DNA from: Deltaproteobacteria bacterium
GTDB taxonomy: Bacteria; Myxococcota; Kuafuiibacteriia; Kuafuiibacteriales; Kuafuiibacteriaceae
Assembly (NCBI GenBank): GCA_040218735.1
Contig: JAVJQW010000011.1
Coordinates: 160,001-224,000, forward strand
Length of the DNA: 64,000 nucleotides
Direction: 5' to 3'
Shown one piece after another: positions 40,456 through 50,668 of this stretch (its first letter is position 1; every line of letters starts with the position of its first letter). The position numbers and the translations under genes were made by a program. The notes under the pieces are model-generated. The model saw nothing but the letters and a program-made list of their open reading frames with translations. It was not told the DNA's origin and did no database searches.

Positions 40456-43400
40456 GTGCAGCCCGGAGACATCATCGTCCGCCGCTTCCGCATCGAGCGC
40501 CGGATCGGCTCGGGGGGCATGGGGACCGTCTACCGCGGCCGCGACCTCGAATCCGGCGCCCCCGTCGCGGTGAAACGCCTCGACATCCGCGGCAAACACG
40601 ACCAGGAGCGCTTCCTGCGCGAAGCGTCCGTCCTCGCCGACCTCGACCACCCCGGCATCGTCCGCTACGTGGCCCACGGCCTCACCGAGGAGAAGGAGCA
40701 CTACCTCGCGATGGAGTGGGTCGACGGCGTCACGCTGTTCGAGCGCCTCGCGGAGGGGCCCCTCTCGGTGGTCGGCGCCGTAAAGCTCGGCGCGCGCATC
40801 GCCGACGCACTGTCGATCGCCCACCGCCACGGCATCGTCCACCGCGACATCAAACCCCCGAACCTCCTCCTCCCCGGCGGCGACCTCGCCTCGGTGAAGC
40901 TCCTCGACTTCGGCGTCGCGCGCATCACCGGCGCCTCGACCGGTCCGTCCATGACCCGCACCGGCGCCCTCATCGGGACCCCCGGGTACATGGCGCCCGA
41001 ACAAGCGCGTGGCGAGAAGGGCCTCGACCACCGCGCCGACATCTTCTCGCTCGGCAGCGTCCTGTACGAAGCGCTCACCGGGCGCCCGCCCTTCTCCGGA
41101 ACCAACGTGATGGCGGTGCTCGCGAAGATCCTCCTCGAAGAGGCGGTGCCGATCCGCGACGCACGCCCCGACGTCCCGCACGTCCTCGAGCTCCTCATCA
41201 CGCGCATGCTCGCGAAGGATCCCGAGCAACGCCCGGCGCGCATCGAAGAGGTGCTCGCGGAGCTCACGGCGTTCGATACGAAGTCACTCCCCGCGGCGCG
41301 CATCGAGCGCGACCTGTCGGAGGCGCCGACCAAACCGCCGTCGATCGGCGACACCGAGCAGCGCGTCATCTGCGTCGTGCTCTGCGGCGTCGCCGAGGGC
41401 ACCGCGGACACGTGGGCGCCCGACACCGCCGACGCGATGGAGGCCGACCTCACGCGCGTCGTCGAAGACCTCGGCGGCCGCCTCGACCCCCTCCTCGACG
41501 GCTCGAGTGTCATTCACTTCTCCGGCCAGGGCGCGCCCCACGACCTCGCCGCGCAGGCGGCGCGCTGCGCGCTCGCGCTGAAACGCTTCTACGGTGACGC
41601 CCCGGTGGTGGTCGCGACCGGGCGCGGCGTGGTGTCCGAGCGCCTCCCCTTCGGCGAGGTGATCGACCGCGCCGCCCGCACCCTGACGTTCGCCGAGGCC
41701 GGTCAGATACGCGTCGACATCGCGACCGCCGGGCTGCTCGAGGGCCGCTTCGACGTCGAACACGACGGCGCCGGCCCCTACCTCGTCGGCGAACGCGACC
41801 AGGTGCTGATCGGCCGCACGTTCCTCGGGCAGCCCGCGCGCTGCGAGGGGCGTCAGCGCGAGCTCATCACGATCGAAGCGACGTTCGTCGAGTGTGTCTC
41901 CGAGCCGGTCGCGCGTGCGCTGCTGATCACCGCGCCGCCCGGGCTCGGCAAGACGCGCCTGCGCGTCGAGACCGTCGAACGTCTGCGCAGCCGCGAAGAC
42001 GAGCTCGAGGTCTTCTTCGCCACCGCCGACTCCCTCGGCGCCGCCTCTCCCTTCGGCTTGCTCCGCCAGGTCGTGCGGCGCGCCGCCGGCATCCGCGAGG
42101 ACGACCCCGATGAGGAAGCACGCACCAAGTTGAGCGCCCGCGTGGCTCGCGTGGTCGACGCATCGGAGCGCGACGCGGTCACCGCGTTCCTCGGCGAGAT
42201 CGCGGACGTCCCGTTCCCCGACGACTTCTCGGATCGCCTCGCCGCCGCGCGCGGCGACCCGATGTTGATGGGCGACCGCATCAAGGCGGCGTGGACGGAG
42301 TGGCTCGGCGCGGAGGTCGAAGCGCAACCTGTCTTGCTCGTGCTCGACAACCTGCACTGGGGCGACCTCCCGTCCGTCCGGCTGATCGACCACGCGCTGA
42401 AGATCCACGACGAACGACCGCTGATGGTGATCGGCTGCGGCCGCCCCGAGCTGCACCAGACCTTCTTCGAGCTGTGGAGCGACCGCGACGTCCAGGAGCT
42501 CAAGCTCGGCCCGCTCACGAAGAAGGCGAGCGAGAAGCTCGTGAAGAAGGCGCTCCCGGACCTCGACGACGAGCGCCGCGCACAGATCGTCGACAAGGCG
42601 GAGGGCCACCCGTTCCTCCTCGAGGAGCTGATGCGCGCCGTCGTCCGCGGCGAAACGGAGCTGCCAGACTCCGTACTCGGCGTCGTGCAGGCCCAGCTCG
42701 ACGCGCTCGGCCCCGACTACAAACGTGTCCTGCGCGGCGCGAGTGTGTACGGCGATCGGTTCTGGCAAGGTGCGGTCCTCCACCTCCTCGGCGGTGAGGC
42801 GACGACCAGCCGGGTGTCGACCTGGCTCGACGACATCGAGGACCGCGAGCTCATCGAGCGCGAGCGTGACAGCCTCTTCGCGAACGAACGCCAGTACTCG
42901 TTCGGCTCCAGCATCGTCCGCGAGGCAGCGTACGCGATGCTCACCGACGCCGACCGACGCCTCGCGCACGGCCTCGCCGCCCAGTGGCTGGCCGAACACG
43001 GTGAACGCGACGCCGCGATCCTCGCGCAGCACTTCGATCGCAGCGGTCAGGCGGCACGCGCCGTCCCACACTACGTCCGCGCGACCGAACACGCGCTGGA
43101 GGGCAACGACCTCGACGCCGTGCTCGCGCGCGCCCAGCGCGGCGTGGAGTGCGGCGCCCAAGACGAGGACCTCGGCCGCCTTCACCTCCTCGCCGCGACC
43201 GCGCACTACTGGCGCGGCGCCTCGCGCGAGACGATCGCTTCGGCGATCGACGCGACCCAACACGTCGGCCGCGGCACCGTCGAGTGGTTCAACGCCACCG
43301 GCCTCGTACTGTCGTCGCTCGGCCGGCTCGGTGAGCTCGATCAGATCGAACCGTGGATCGAGCGGGTCGAGGCGGCCGACGCCGAGCCCTCGGCGGTCAG

Positions 43401-44352
43401 CGCGCAGGTGAGCTGCCTGTCGAGGAACGCCGAGCACCTGATGATCCTCGGGCGCTCCGACCTGGCATCGCGGCTGTTCACACGCGTCGAGTCGATCGTC
43501 GAAGGTGCTTCGCTCGACGCCCTCGCCGAAGCACGCTGGTTCCGACTGCGCGCGCGTCGCGCGCTCCTCGACGGCGACGTGGGCACGCACGCCACCGGAC
43601 TGATGGACGCCGCGGAGCGCTTCGAGGCCGCGGGCGACATTCGCAACGCGTGCAACGAGCGCATGAACACCGGCTTCGCGCTGTCGCAGCTCGGCGAGTT
43701 CGAGCGCGCCGAGGAGGCGCTGCGTCGCGCGCGCGAAGACGCCGAGCGCGCGGACCTCGGCCAGATCGTCGCGTGGGCCGACAACAACCTCGCGTACGTG
43801 CTGAGCGTGCACGGCGACCTCGACGACGCACGCGCCGTCGGCGAGCGGGCCGCGCAGACCGGCGTCCGGCAGGCCGACCCCCGCCTGGAGGGCACCTCGC
43901 GCACGTACCTCTCCGGCACGTTGCTGCGCGCCGGCGACTACCTCGGCGCGATGCAGGAAGCGGAGCGAGCGGCGGAGCTGTTGGCGTCGATCCCCGCCTC
44001 GCAGGTGGTCGCGCTCGCCGCGAAGACCCGCGCGCTCCTCGCGCTCGGCCAGCCGCTGAAGGCCCTCGCGTCGGCCGAGCAGGCGATGAAACGCCTCGCA
44101 GAGGTCGGTGCGATCGAGGAAGGTGAAGGCCTCGTTCGCCTCGTGTTCGCGGAAGCGCTGCACGCCAACGGCCGCGGAGCGCGCGCGGAGGACGTCATCC
44201 GGGAGGCCCGCACCCTGCTCTTCGCGCGTGCGGCGCGCATCACGGACTTGACCTGGCGCAGCAGCTTCGTCGATCGCGTGATGGAGCACCGTCGGACGAT
44301 CGAGCTCGCCGAAGCGTGGGGCCTCGAAGACGTGCCGACGCTCTCGGGATGA
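40456..44352 (+). CDS. Ser/Thr kinase-(cyclase-like)-STAND/AAA ATPase-TPR protein
   Basis: GSGGMG, HRDIKPPN, DFG, APE; Walker A PPGLGKT, Walker B LVLDNLHW, GHPF; C-terminal helical repeats. Confidence 0.88.
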   Translation: MQPGDIIVRRFRIERRIGSGGMGTVYRGRDLESGAPVAVKRLDIRGKHDQERFLREASVLADLDHPGIVRYVAHGLTEEKEHYLAMEWVDGVTLFERLAEGPLSVVGAVKLGARIADALSIAHRHGIVHRDIKPPNLLLPGGDLASVKLLDFGVARITGASTGPSMTRTGALIGTPGYMAPEQARGEKGLDHRADIFSLGSVLYEALTGRPPFSGTNVMAVLAKILLEEAVPIRDARPDVPHVLELLITRMLAKDPEQRPARIEEVLAELTAFDTKSLPAARIERDLSEAPTKPPSIGDTEQRVICVVLCGVAEGTADTWAPDTADAMEADLTRVVEDLGGRLDPLLDGSSVIHFSGQGAPHDLAAQAARCALALKRFYGDAPVVVATGRGVVSERLPFGEVIDRAARTLTFAEAGQIRVDIATAGLLEGRFDVEHDGAGPYLVGERDQVLIGRTFLGQPARCEGRQRELITIEATFVECVSEPVARALLITAPPGLGKTRLRVETVERLRSREDELEVFFATADSLGAASPFGLLRQVVRRAAGIREDDPDEEARTKLSARVARVVDASERDAVTAFLGEIADVPFPDDFSDRLAAARGDPMLMGDRIKAAWTEWLGAEVEAQPVLLVLDNLHWGDLPSVRLIDHALKIHDERPLMVIGCGRPELHQTFFELWSDRDVQELKLGPLTKKASEKLVKKALPDLDDERRAQIVDKAEGHPFLLEELMRAVVRGETELPDSVLGVVQAQLDALGPDYKRVLRGASVYGDRFWQGAVLHLLGGEATTSRVSTWLDDIEDRELIERERDSLFANERQYSFGSSIVREAAYAMLTDADRRLAHGLAAQWLAEHGERDAAILAQHFDRSGQAARAVPHYVRATEHALEGNDLDAVLARAQRGVECGAQDEDLGRLHLLAATAHYWRGASRETIASAIDATQHVGRGTVEWFNATGLVLSSLGRLGELDQIEPWIERVEAADAEPSAVSAQVSCLSRNAEHLMILGRSDLASRLFTRVESIVEGASLDALAEARWFRLRARRALLDGDVGTHATGLMDAAERFEAAGDIRNACNERMNTGFALSQLGEFERAEEALRRAREDAERADLGQIVAWADNNLAYVLSVHGDLDDARAVGERAAQTGVRQADPRLEGTSRTYLSGTLLRAGDYLGAMQEAERAAELLASIPASQVVALAAKTRALLALGQPLKALASAEQAMKRLAEVGAIEEGEGLVRLVFAEALHANGRGARAEDVIREARTLLFARAARITDLTWRSSFVDRVMEHRRTIELAEAWGLEDVPTLSG

Positions 44353-45776
44353 CCACGATGAACCAACGCCACCTCGTCTGCCTCGCCCTCGCCTTCGGTG
44401 CCGCCGGGTGCTTCGACTCCCAGGTCGACGCGGACTTCGTCGCGGTCGACCTCCGCATCGGTTACGACGCCGACTTCCCCGTCGAGCGCTTCGACGTCAG
44501 CGCCCTTCGCGTCAGCGACGACGCCGTCGTCTTCGAAAGCCAGGAGAACGTCCCGGCGCCCACCACCCAGACCTCGACCCGCGCGCTCCGCACGGTGCTC
44601 AACGGAGACGCCTCGTTCGCCGACGCCGAGGCGCGCATCGTCGTCACCGCGGTCGACGCGGACGGCGTCGCGCTCGGCGAGCGCACCACCCGTGTCGTCT
44701 TCGAGCTCGGTCGCATCCTCACCGCGACGGTCGCGTTCTACGCACCGTCGACCTGCGGCGACGGCGTCATCGACGAGGGTGAAGCGTGTGACAGCGCGGG
44801 CGCGGCGGGCTGCAGCCTGACCTGCCAGATCGAAGCGGGTTTTCTGTGCGCGGGCGCGCCGAGTTACTGCGTCATGGAGAGCCGCGTCGCGGTGGTCGAC
44901 TCCAACGCCCCGGCGTGTCCGGGCGAGGGCTCGGTTGTTTCCCCGTTCTGCACGATCCCCCGCGCGGCCATGGCGCCCGCGGTCGACCACTTGTTCGTGC
45001 GCGCAGGCGACTACCGCAGCGCGGTCGTGCTCGACCGCGACCTCACCGTCATCGCGGAGCCGGGCGTCGTCGTCGAGGCGACGACCGCGCCCGTCCTGGA
45101 GGTCTACCGCGCCGACGTCCGCTGGAGCGGCGGCACCATTCGCGGCCTCGGCGGCGTCGGCGGGGGCGTCGGCGTGCGCGGCACCGGCGCGGTGCTCGAG
45201 CTGGAGGACGCGGTCGTGGGCCCGTCGAGCACGGTCGCGATCGCACTGACGGACGGCGGTTACCTCGAAGCGCGCCGCACGCGCATCGCCGGCAACCGAC
45301 AAGGGATGGTGCTCGACTCGCAGGGTGGGTTCACGATCGAGAGCTGCATCGTCGCCAACAACGGCGGGGTCGGCGAGGCGGTCGGCGGCGTGTGGATCCG
45401 TCAGGCGCCTTCCACGTCGCGCATCGCCAACATCACGGTCGCCGACAACACCGGCGCGGCCATCCGGTGCGACGAATCAATCGATCTCCTCAACACGATC
45501 GTGTGGAGCGAGACGACGGTGACGAGCTCCGTCGTCGCGACGTGTGTCCCGGTCTACGCGGACATCGGCCCCGCGGAGGCCGGGCTCTCGCTCCCGACGG
45601 GGAGCTTCAGCCTCGATCCGCAGCTCACACCGGACCAACACCTGTCGCCCGACTCCCCCTGCCGCGACACCGGCGACCCGGACTCGGTCGCGCGCGGCGA
45701 CGCGCCGGCGTTCGACATCGACGGTGACGCGCGACCGCGCGGCCCCAACATCGATATCGGCGCCGACGAGCTGTGA
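44349..45776 (+). CDS. Lipoprotein with myxobacterial Cys-rich repeat, beta-helix and choice-of-anchor-Q-like tail
   Basis: AAGC lipobox; CGDGVIDEGEACD; SPCRDTG...DIDGDARP...DIGADE. Confidence 0.78.
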   Translation: MTTMNQRHLVCLALAFGAAGCFDSQVDADFVAVDLRIGYDADFPVERFDVSALRVSDDAVVFESQENVPAPTTQTSTRALRTVLNGDASFADAEARIVVTAVDADGVALGERTTRVVFELGRILTATVAFYAPSTCGDGVIDEGEACDSAGAAGCSLTCQIEAGFLCAGAPSYCVMESRVAVVDSNAPACPGEGSVVSPFCTIPRAAMAPAVDHLFVRAGDYRSAVVLDRDLTVIAEPGVVVEATTAPVLEVYRADVRWSGGTIRGLGGVGGGVGVRGTGAVLELEDAVVGPSSTVAIALTDGGYLEARRTRIAGNRQGMVLDSQGGFTIESCIVANNGGVGEAVGGVWIRQAPSTSRIANITVADNTGAAIRCDESIDLLNTIVWSETTVTSSVVATCVPVYADIGPAEAGLSLPTGSFSLDPQLTPDQHLSPDSPCRDTGDPDSVARGDAPAFDIDGDARPRGPNIDIGADEL

Positions 45777-45779
45777 CCG

Positions 45780-46883
45780 TCAGAGCTGAAGCCGCGCTCC
45801 GGCGCTGAAGCGTCCCGCAAAGCCGAACGCGACGTCCGAGCGCCCCTCGGCGGCCTCGACGCGCTTGGCGAACGGCGCGGACAGCGCCGCCGCCGTCCAC
45901 AGCGACAGCGGCCCGACCATCTCGTACACGATCGTCGCACGCATCCCGAGCGTGGCCGCGACGCTCGACGCGGCCCACTGGGTCATCGCGGACGAGGACT
46001 GCCCCGGCGCGAAGCTGCAGGTCGGCGTGCCACACGTCGAAAGGTACGTGTTCACGCCGCTCGCCGATATCGAGCGCACGCTCAACGTGAGCCTCGGCTC
46101 GAACCGAAGGCGCTGATGCGCAAAGCCGAAGTCGCGGCCCACGGACGGCTCGACCTCGATCAGTTGGCCATCCAGCCGCGCCGACGGGCTCCGGCCGTAC
46201 CGCGCCAGGACGCCACCGGCCCACGTCCCGTCGGAGAACGAAAACTCCGCCGCCGGCCCGAGCCACACGTTGCCGTCGTCCGACAACGTCGCCTCCGCGA
46301 GCCCGGCCAGGCGGATATCGAGGCCCGCCTTCGCCGAGGGGTCCGACAGCGACGACCGGTACGTCTGCATCGCGCGCCGGTATTCGTTCGGCGCCTTCGG
46401 CGTCACGACCCGCGTGCGCTTCGCGCGCACCGGCTCCCTTGGTTTCTTCTTGCGCGGCGCGGCCTCGTACGGCGCAAACGGCGCCAGGCGCTCCGCTGCG
46501 ACGCGGGGATCGACGGAGGAGACCAACACGATGGGCTCGCCGCGGGGACGCCGCCGGTGGTTCGCCGGATAGATCGGCACGCGCTTGGGCATCGCGGCCT
46601 CCTCCGGCACGAGCACGCGCGACTCGATCAGCAAGCTCGCTTGCAACACGTCCGGCACGACCCGCTCGAAGCGTTCACCCGTCTGCTGCACACCGACGTA
46701 GACACCGTTGGGATCCGGCGCGACGTGCACGACCGCCGACGAGCACCGCGTGCCGGCGATGCGCTCGAGGTCGAGCCGCCCCACTACGTCGGCGATCAGG
46801 TGCTGATGCCCCCGGAGCGTCACTTCACACGGAGCGGCACCGGGGACGGTCAGCATCCAGAGCGTGGCGAACGCGAGGCTCAT
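45780..46883 (-). CDS. Hypothetical secreted/outer-membrane protein
   Basis: Signal-like N-terminus, C-terminal amphipathic strands; overlaps the upstream stop. Confidence 0.55.
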   Translation of the reverse strand: MSLAFATLWMLTVPGAAPCEVTLRGHQHLIADVVGRLDLERIAGTRCSSAVVHVAPDPNGVYVGVQQTGERFERVVPDVLQASLLIESRVLVPEEAAMPKRVPIYPANHRRRPRGEPIVLVSSVDPRVAAERLAPFAPYEAAPRKKKPREPVRAKRTRVVTPKAPNEYRRAMQTYRSSLSDPSAKAGLDIRLAGLAEATLSDDGNVWLGPAAEFSFSDGTWAGGVLARYGRSPSARLDGQLIEVEPSVGRDFGFAHQRLRFEPRLTLSVRSISASGVNTYLSTCGTPTCSFAPGQSSSAMTQWAASSVAATLGMRATIVYEMVGPLSLWTAAALSAPFAKRVEAAEGRSDVAFGFAGRFSAGARLQL

Positions 46884-48742
46884 AGCGACTCGAGGAACCG
46901 GACGAGATCGTCGGTCTCGTCCGACGACAACGTAAACGGCGCCCCCATGGCTCCAGACTGAGCGACACGAACCACGTCGTGCAAGGTGGCCGCGCGGCCG
47001 TCATGGAAGTACGGCGCCGTCGCGCCGACGCCGACCAGCGAGCGCGTGTGCACGCTCTGGAGCCCGAACATCCGATACGGAGCGTTGTCGGTGTACGCCG
47101 CGCCCGCGTGGCAGCTCACACAACCGACCCGCGCGAAGACGGCCGCACCGCGCTCGATGGCGTCGGACTCGACGGCGCGCGGCGTCGGGGTTCGCGTCCA
47201 GTCGATGTAATCGGCGACGTACTGCGACTGCGCCGGCGACAGGCCGCTGCCCGGGCTCATCCCGCGCGACGTCATCATCGCGTTCTCGGCGACCGTGGCG
47301 CGTTGGCCCTCCCAGCGCACGGGCTCGGTCATCGACACACGCCCGGCGAGCGACGGCGTCTGACGCAGGCCGATGTCGAAGAACCACGTCATCCCGTCGT
47401 CGCGTCCGCCGACGTGGCACAGCGCGCAGCTCACGGCACTCCCCGGACGGGTCACGTTCGGATCCATCGTGGAGTAGAAGAGGCGCTGACCGATCTCGAG
47501 CTCGGGTGACAGCACCGACGGCGCGACTTCGATCCACCGCTTCATCGGCAAGGCCTCCTTGGAGCCCGCGACGAGATCGAGGCTGCTGTCCCGCGGGTCG
47601 GCTTCGCCGATGTCGAGCTCGGCGATCGAGCGATCGATGAAGCCGTACACCCAGGCGGTGCGGTTGTCCGTGAACAACACACTCGTGGTGCCCGCGGGGG
47701 CCGCGAGGGTCGTGACCGGGCGCGGCTCGAAGCCGATGTGTCGACCGCCCCGGATGAAGCCGCCGTCGCCGTCGTAGAGGTATCGCGAATCCGAAGCTTC
47801 GTGCTGCGCACCGACGACGACCACGGCTTCGGCGCCTTCGATCGGGACCGCGAGCAACGCGGAGTCGTGGGAGACCGCGACGCCTGAGGGGGCCCCGCTC
47901 AGCGGCGGGTACAGCGCGTAGTCGATGAGCGAGATGACCGCCGCGTTTCCGAGCTCGGGCTCGGCGTCTTCGTCGAGCGGCTGGGCGATCACGACGGGCG
48001 CGGGCTGCATGACGTGGCCGTAGTACTCGGAGTTGGGGTTGGTCGGGATGGGCGTCGCGGTGACGACGTAGATGCCCGGGATGTGCAGGAGTCGCCCGTC
48101 GGGCGCGACGGTCGGATCGCCGGTGAGGCGGAGCGTGGCGGCCTGGGTAGAACCGAGCTCGGGCAAGGCGATGACCTCGGGCGCACGCGTCGCGTCGCGC
48201 AGATCGATACGGACGAGCTGCCGACTTCGCAGCGTCACGACGAAGAGCGCGGCGCCGCTCGGGTGGACCGCGAGGCCGCGGGGCTCGCCCGCGACCGGCC
48301 ACTTCCTCAGCACCTCGAGCGTCGTCGCATCGAGCTCGTAGACGAGGTCTTCCAGCGAGACCGTCACGAAGACGCGGTTCGTCGGGGCGTGGGCCACGAC
48401 CCCGAACGGTTCGGCGCCGAGCTCGACGCTCGTGGTGTAGGTCGGGACGGTGGTGGCGCCGTCGTAGACGCCGAGGGCTCGGACCGAACGGAGTGTCACG
48501 AACAGGCGCTCCCCCAGCTGCGCGATGCGCGTGGGCTCGCCGGCCGCCGCGATGTGGTCGAGCTTCTCGGACTCCGGCTCGAAGCGCGCGATGCTCTCGT
48601 GCACGGGGTTCGCCACGTAGAGCGCCGCGGCGCCCGGCGTCGCGGCGATCGAGGAGCTGCCGTTGGGCGCGGTGAGCTCGAAGGTCGCGTCGGTGCAGCC
48701 GAGCGCAGCAATCATCAGGAGATAAGTGGGGTTACGAACCAA
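46880..48742 (-). CDS. YncE/YVTN beta-propeller + diheme cytochrome c lipoprotein
   Basis: ALGC lipobox, GEP repeats, CALCH, CVSCH, APYFHDG; TTG start inferred from RBS. Confidence 0.82.
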   Translation of the reverse strand: MVRNPTYLLMIAALGCTDATFELTAPNGSSSIAATPGAAALYVANPVHESIARFEPESEKLDHIAAAGEPTRIAQLGERLFVTLRSVRALGVYDGATTVPTYTTSVELGAEPFGVVAHAPTNRVFVTVSLEDLVYELDATTLEVLRKWPVAGEPRGLAVHPSGAALFVVTLRSRQLVRIDLRDATRAPEVIALPELGSTQAATLRLTGDPTVAPDGRLLHIPGIYVVTATPIPTNPNSEYYGHVMQPAPVVIAQPLDEDAEPELGNAAVISLIDYALYPPLSGAPSGVAVSHDSALLAVPIEGAEAVVVVGAQHEASDSRYLYDGDGGFIRGGRHIGFEPRPVTTLAAPAGTTSVLFTDNRTAWVYGFIDRSIAELDIGEADPRDSSLDLVAGSKEALPMKRWIEVAPSVLSPELEIGQRLFYSTMDPNVTRPGSAVSCALCHVGGRDDGMTWFFDIGLRQTPSLAGRVSMTEPVRWEGQRATVAENAMMTSRGMSPGSGLSPAQSQYVADYIDWTRTPTPRAVESDAIERGAAVFARVGCVSCHAGAAYTDNAPYRMFGLQSVHTRSLVGVGATAPYFHDGRAATLHDVVRVAQSGAMGAPFTLSSDETDDLVRFLESL

Positions 48743-48859
48743 TTCTTCGCCCTCCTGCTCCTTTCGTTGCCCCTCGGCCACATTCCTTACGTGGCCGGAG
48801 CGGGCGATTTTTCTTCGTAAGGTTCCAAGGCGAGCGGCAACGTACAGGGGAAGGCGACC

Positions 48860-49465
48860 GTGGCGTCCTCGAACAGCGAGCCGAAGGTGATCGAGCTGCG
48901 ACCGCGCGCGGCGGAGCGCCCCGTGTCCGACGAGGCGCTCATCGTCGCGTGTGGTCTCGGCGACGAGTCGGCCCTCGTTCAGCTCTTCGAACGCCACAAG
49001 GAGTTCGTGCACCGCTACCTGTATCGCTTCTTCCCGAGGGATCCGGAGTACGTCGAGGACCTCGTGCAGTCGACGTTCCTCGAGGTCTGGCGCTGCGCGC
49101 CCCGGTTCCGGAACGGGAGCGCCGGCCGCACGTTCATCGTCGGCATCGCGACGAACCTCTCGCGCATGCGACGACGCGGCGAAGCCCGACGCCGCCGCGC
49201 CATGGACGCGCTCGCCGCCGAGCCCCAGCGCGCCGGAACGACGCCCGAGGAGCGCGCCGTCGTCGGCCAACGCGTACGACGCCTCGAAGCCGCGATCGCC
49301 ACCCTCTCCGAGAAACAGCGGGAGGTGTTCGTGCTGTGTGACCTCGAAGGGTTCAGCGGGGGCGAAGCCGCCGAGACCCTGGGCATCCGCCCCGGCGCCG
49401 TTTGGCGACGGCTCCACGACGCCCGTAAGAAGCTGAGAGCTGCCCTACGAGAGGACGAGCGATGA
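48860..49465 (+). CDS. ECF RNA polymerase sigma factor
   Basis: EDLVQSTFLEVW (region 2); LSEKQREVFVL...EAAETLG...RLHDAR (region 4). Confidence 0.92.
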   Translation: MASSNSEPKVIELRPRAAERPVSDEALIVACGLGDESALVQLFERHKEFVHRYLYRFFPRDPEYVEDLVQSTFLEVWRCAPRFRNGSAGRTFIVGIATNLSRMRRRGEARRRRAMDALAAEPQRAGTTPEERAVVGQRVRRLEAAIATLSEKQREVFVLCDLEGFSGGEAAETLGIRPGAVWRRLHDARKKLRAALREDER

Positions 49466-50661
49466 CCCGTTGTCCGACACCCGAGGCGCTCGACCGCGCC
49501 TTCGTCGAACCCGACGCCGAGATCGATCGGCACATCGCGCGCTGTGAGGCGTGCGCGCGCGAGAAGGCCGAACAAGACGCCTTGATGGCGACGCTCGACC
49601 AGCTCCCCTACGCGCCGATGTCCACCGACCGCAGCGCGTCGATGCGCATCGCGCTCGCGGCCGCGGCGCGCGCGACGCCGCAGCAGCGATCGCGGCGGTG
49701 GCCCGTCGCGTTCGTCGCGGCGGCGGCGGCGGTCGCGGCGGTCGTCGTGCTCCTGAACGGCACGGACACGCGCCCGGCGACGGAAGCGGGTGCGCCCGAG
49801 GCCCGACCGCCGGTCGCGAAGGTCGCGCCCCTACGGCCCGAACAGCTAGAACGGCCCGTACGGCCCGCGCCCGTATCGGCGGTCGAGCTGCGCGACGGCT
49901 CGCCGGTGTTCGAGGTGCCGGCGCTCGGGGTCACGTCGATCGTGGTGCGCACGGACGACGCGGAGATCCGCGCCGAGCGCGCGCGTTTCCAGGTCTTCGC
50001 GGAGGCCGGTTCGCTCGTTCGCCTCCAGGTCATCTCGGGTGTGCTCGAGCTACGTCCGCCGGGCGGCGGAAACATCGCGTTGGAGGCCGGCGAGTCGTGG
50101 ACCGCGGAGCCCGCCGAGGTCGAGCCGGCGGCGGTGGCCCCCGTCGAGCCGAGACGCGTGGTCGAGCGCGCCGCGCCCTCGGGTTCGCAGGCGCAAAAGG
50201 CGAGCGCGACGGGGCGCACGGCGCTGGAGGACGAAGCATCGCGCGCGACGGAGCGCACGGCGTTGGAGGACGAAGCATCGAGCGCGACGGAGCGCGCGGC
50301 GTCGGAGGCGGACACGCCAAGCACGGCGTCCGAGGCGGACGCACCGAGCGCGACCACGGAGGCACCCGCCGAAGCGTCCGGCGACAAAGCGGAGCCCCCG
50401 GCATCCCCGGACGAAGCGTTCGCCTACGCATGGCGCGCGTTCCGCAGCGGCGACTACGCCGCGGCGGCGCACAACTTCGAGATCGCTGCGGAGGGGGACG
50501 GCCCGTTCGCCGAGGACGCGGGTTACTGGCGCGCCATCGCCGAGCTTCGGCGCGGCGACGAAGAACGTGCGGTCGAGTTGCTCGATGCGTTCTTGGAGGG
50601 GCACCCGACCTCGGCGCGTCGGGACGAGGTGCTCCGTCTCAAGGACAAGCTCCTGCGATGA
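49462..50661 (+). CDS. Anti-sigma factor (ZAS/FecR-like) with repeat linker and C-terminal TPR
   Basis: HIARCEAC, TM helix, FecR-like strands, AFLEGHPTS; overlaps the sigma gene stop. Confidence 0.78.
   Translation: MTRCPTPEALDRAFVEPDAEIDRHIARCEACAREKAEQDALMATLDQLPYAPMSTDRSASMRIALAAAARATPQQRSRRWPVAFVAAAAAVAAVVVLLNGTDTRPATEAGAPEARPPVAKVAPLRPEQLERPVRPAPVSAVELRDGSPVFEVPALGVTSIVVRTDDAEIRAERARFQVFAEAGSLVRLQVISGVLELRPPGGGNIALEAGESWTAEPAEVEPAAVAPVEPRRVVERAAPSGSQAQKASATGRTALEDEASRATERTALEDEASSATERAASEADTPSTASEADAPSATTEAPAEASGDKAEPPASPDEAFAYAWRAFRSGDYAAAAHNFEIAAEGDGPFAEDAGYWRAIAELRRGDEERAVELLDAFLEGHPTSARRDEVLRLKDKLLR
50200..50352 (+). repeat. Approximately 39-bp decaying tandem repeat in the anti-sigma linker
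   Basis: GCGACGG(A/G)GCGCACGGCG(C/T)TGGAGGACGAAGCATCG units; peptide S-ATGRTALEDEA / SRATERTALEDEA / SSATERAASEAD. Confidence 0.8.
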
Positions 50662-50668
50662 CCCGCGC

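Noticed and set aside
41284-44289. 1001-aa antisense ORF and similar long shadow ORFs (e.g. 11150-13411, 32035-34032, 58984-60882)
   Set aside because: They lie opposite well-supported genes, are expected from high-GC codon bias, and show no motifs.
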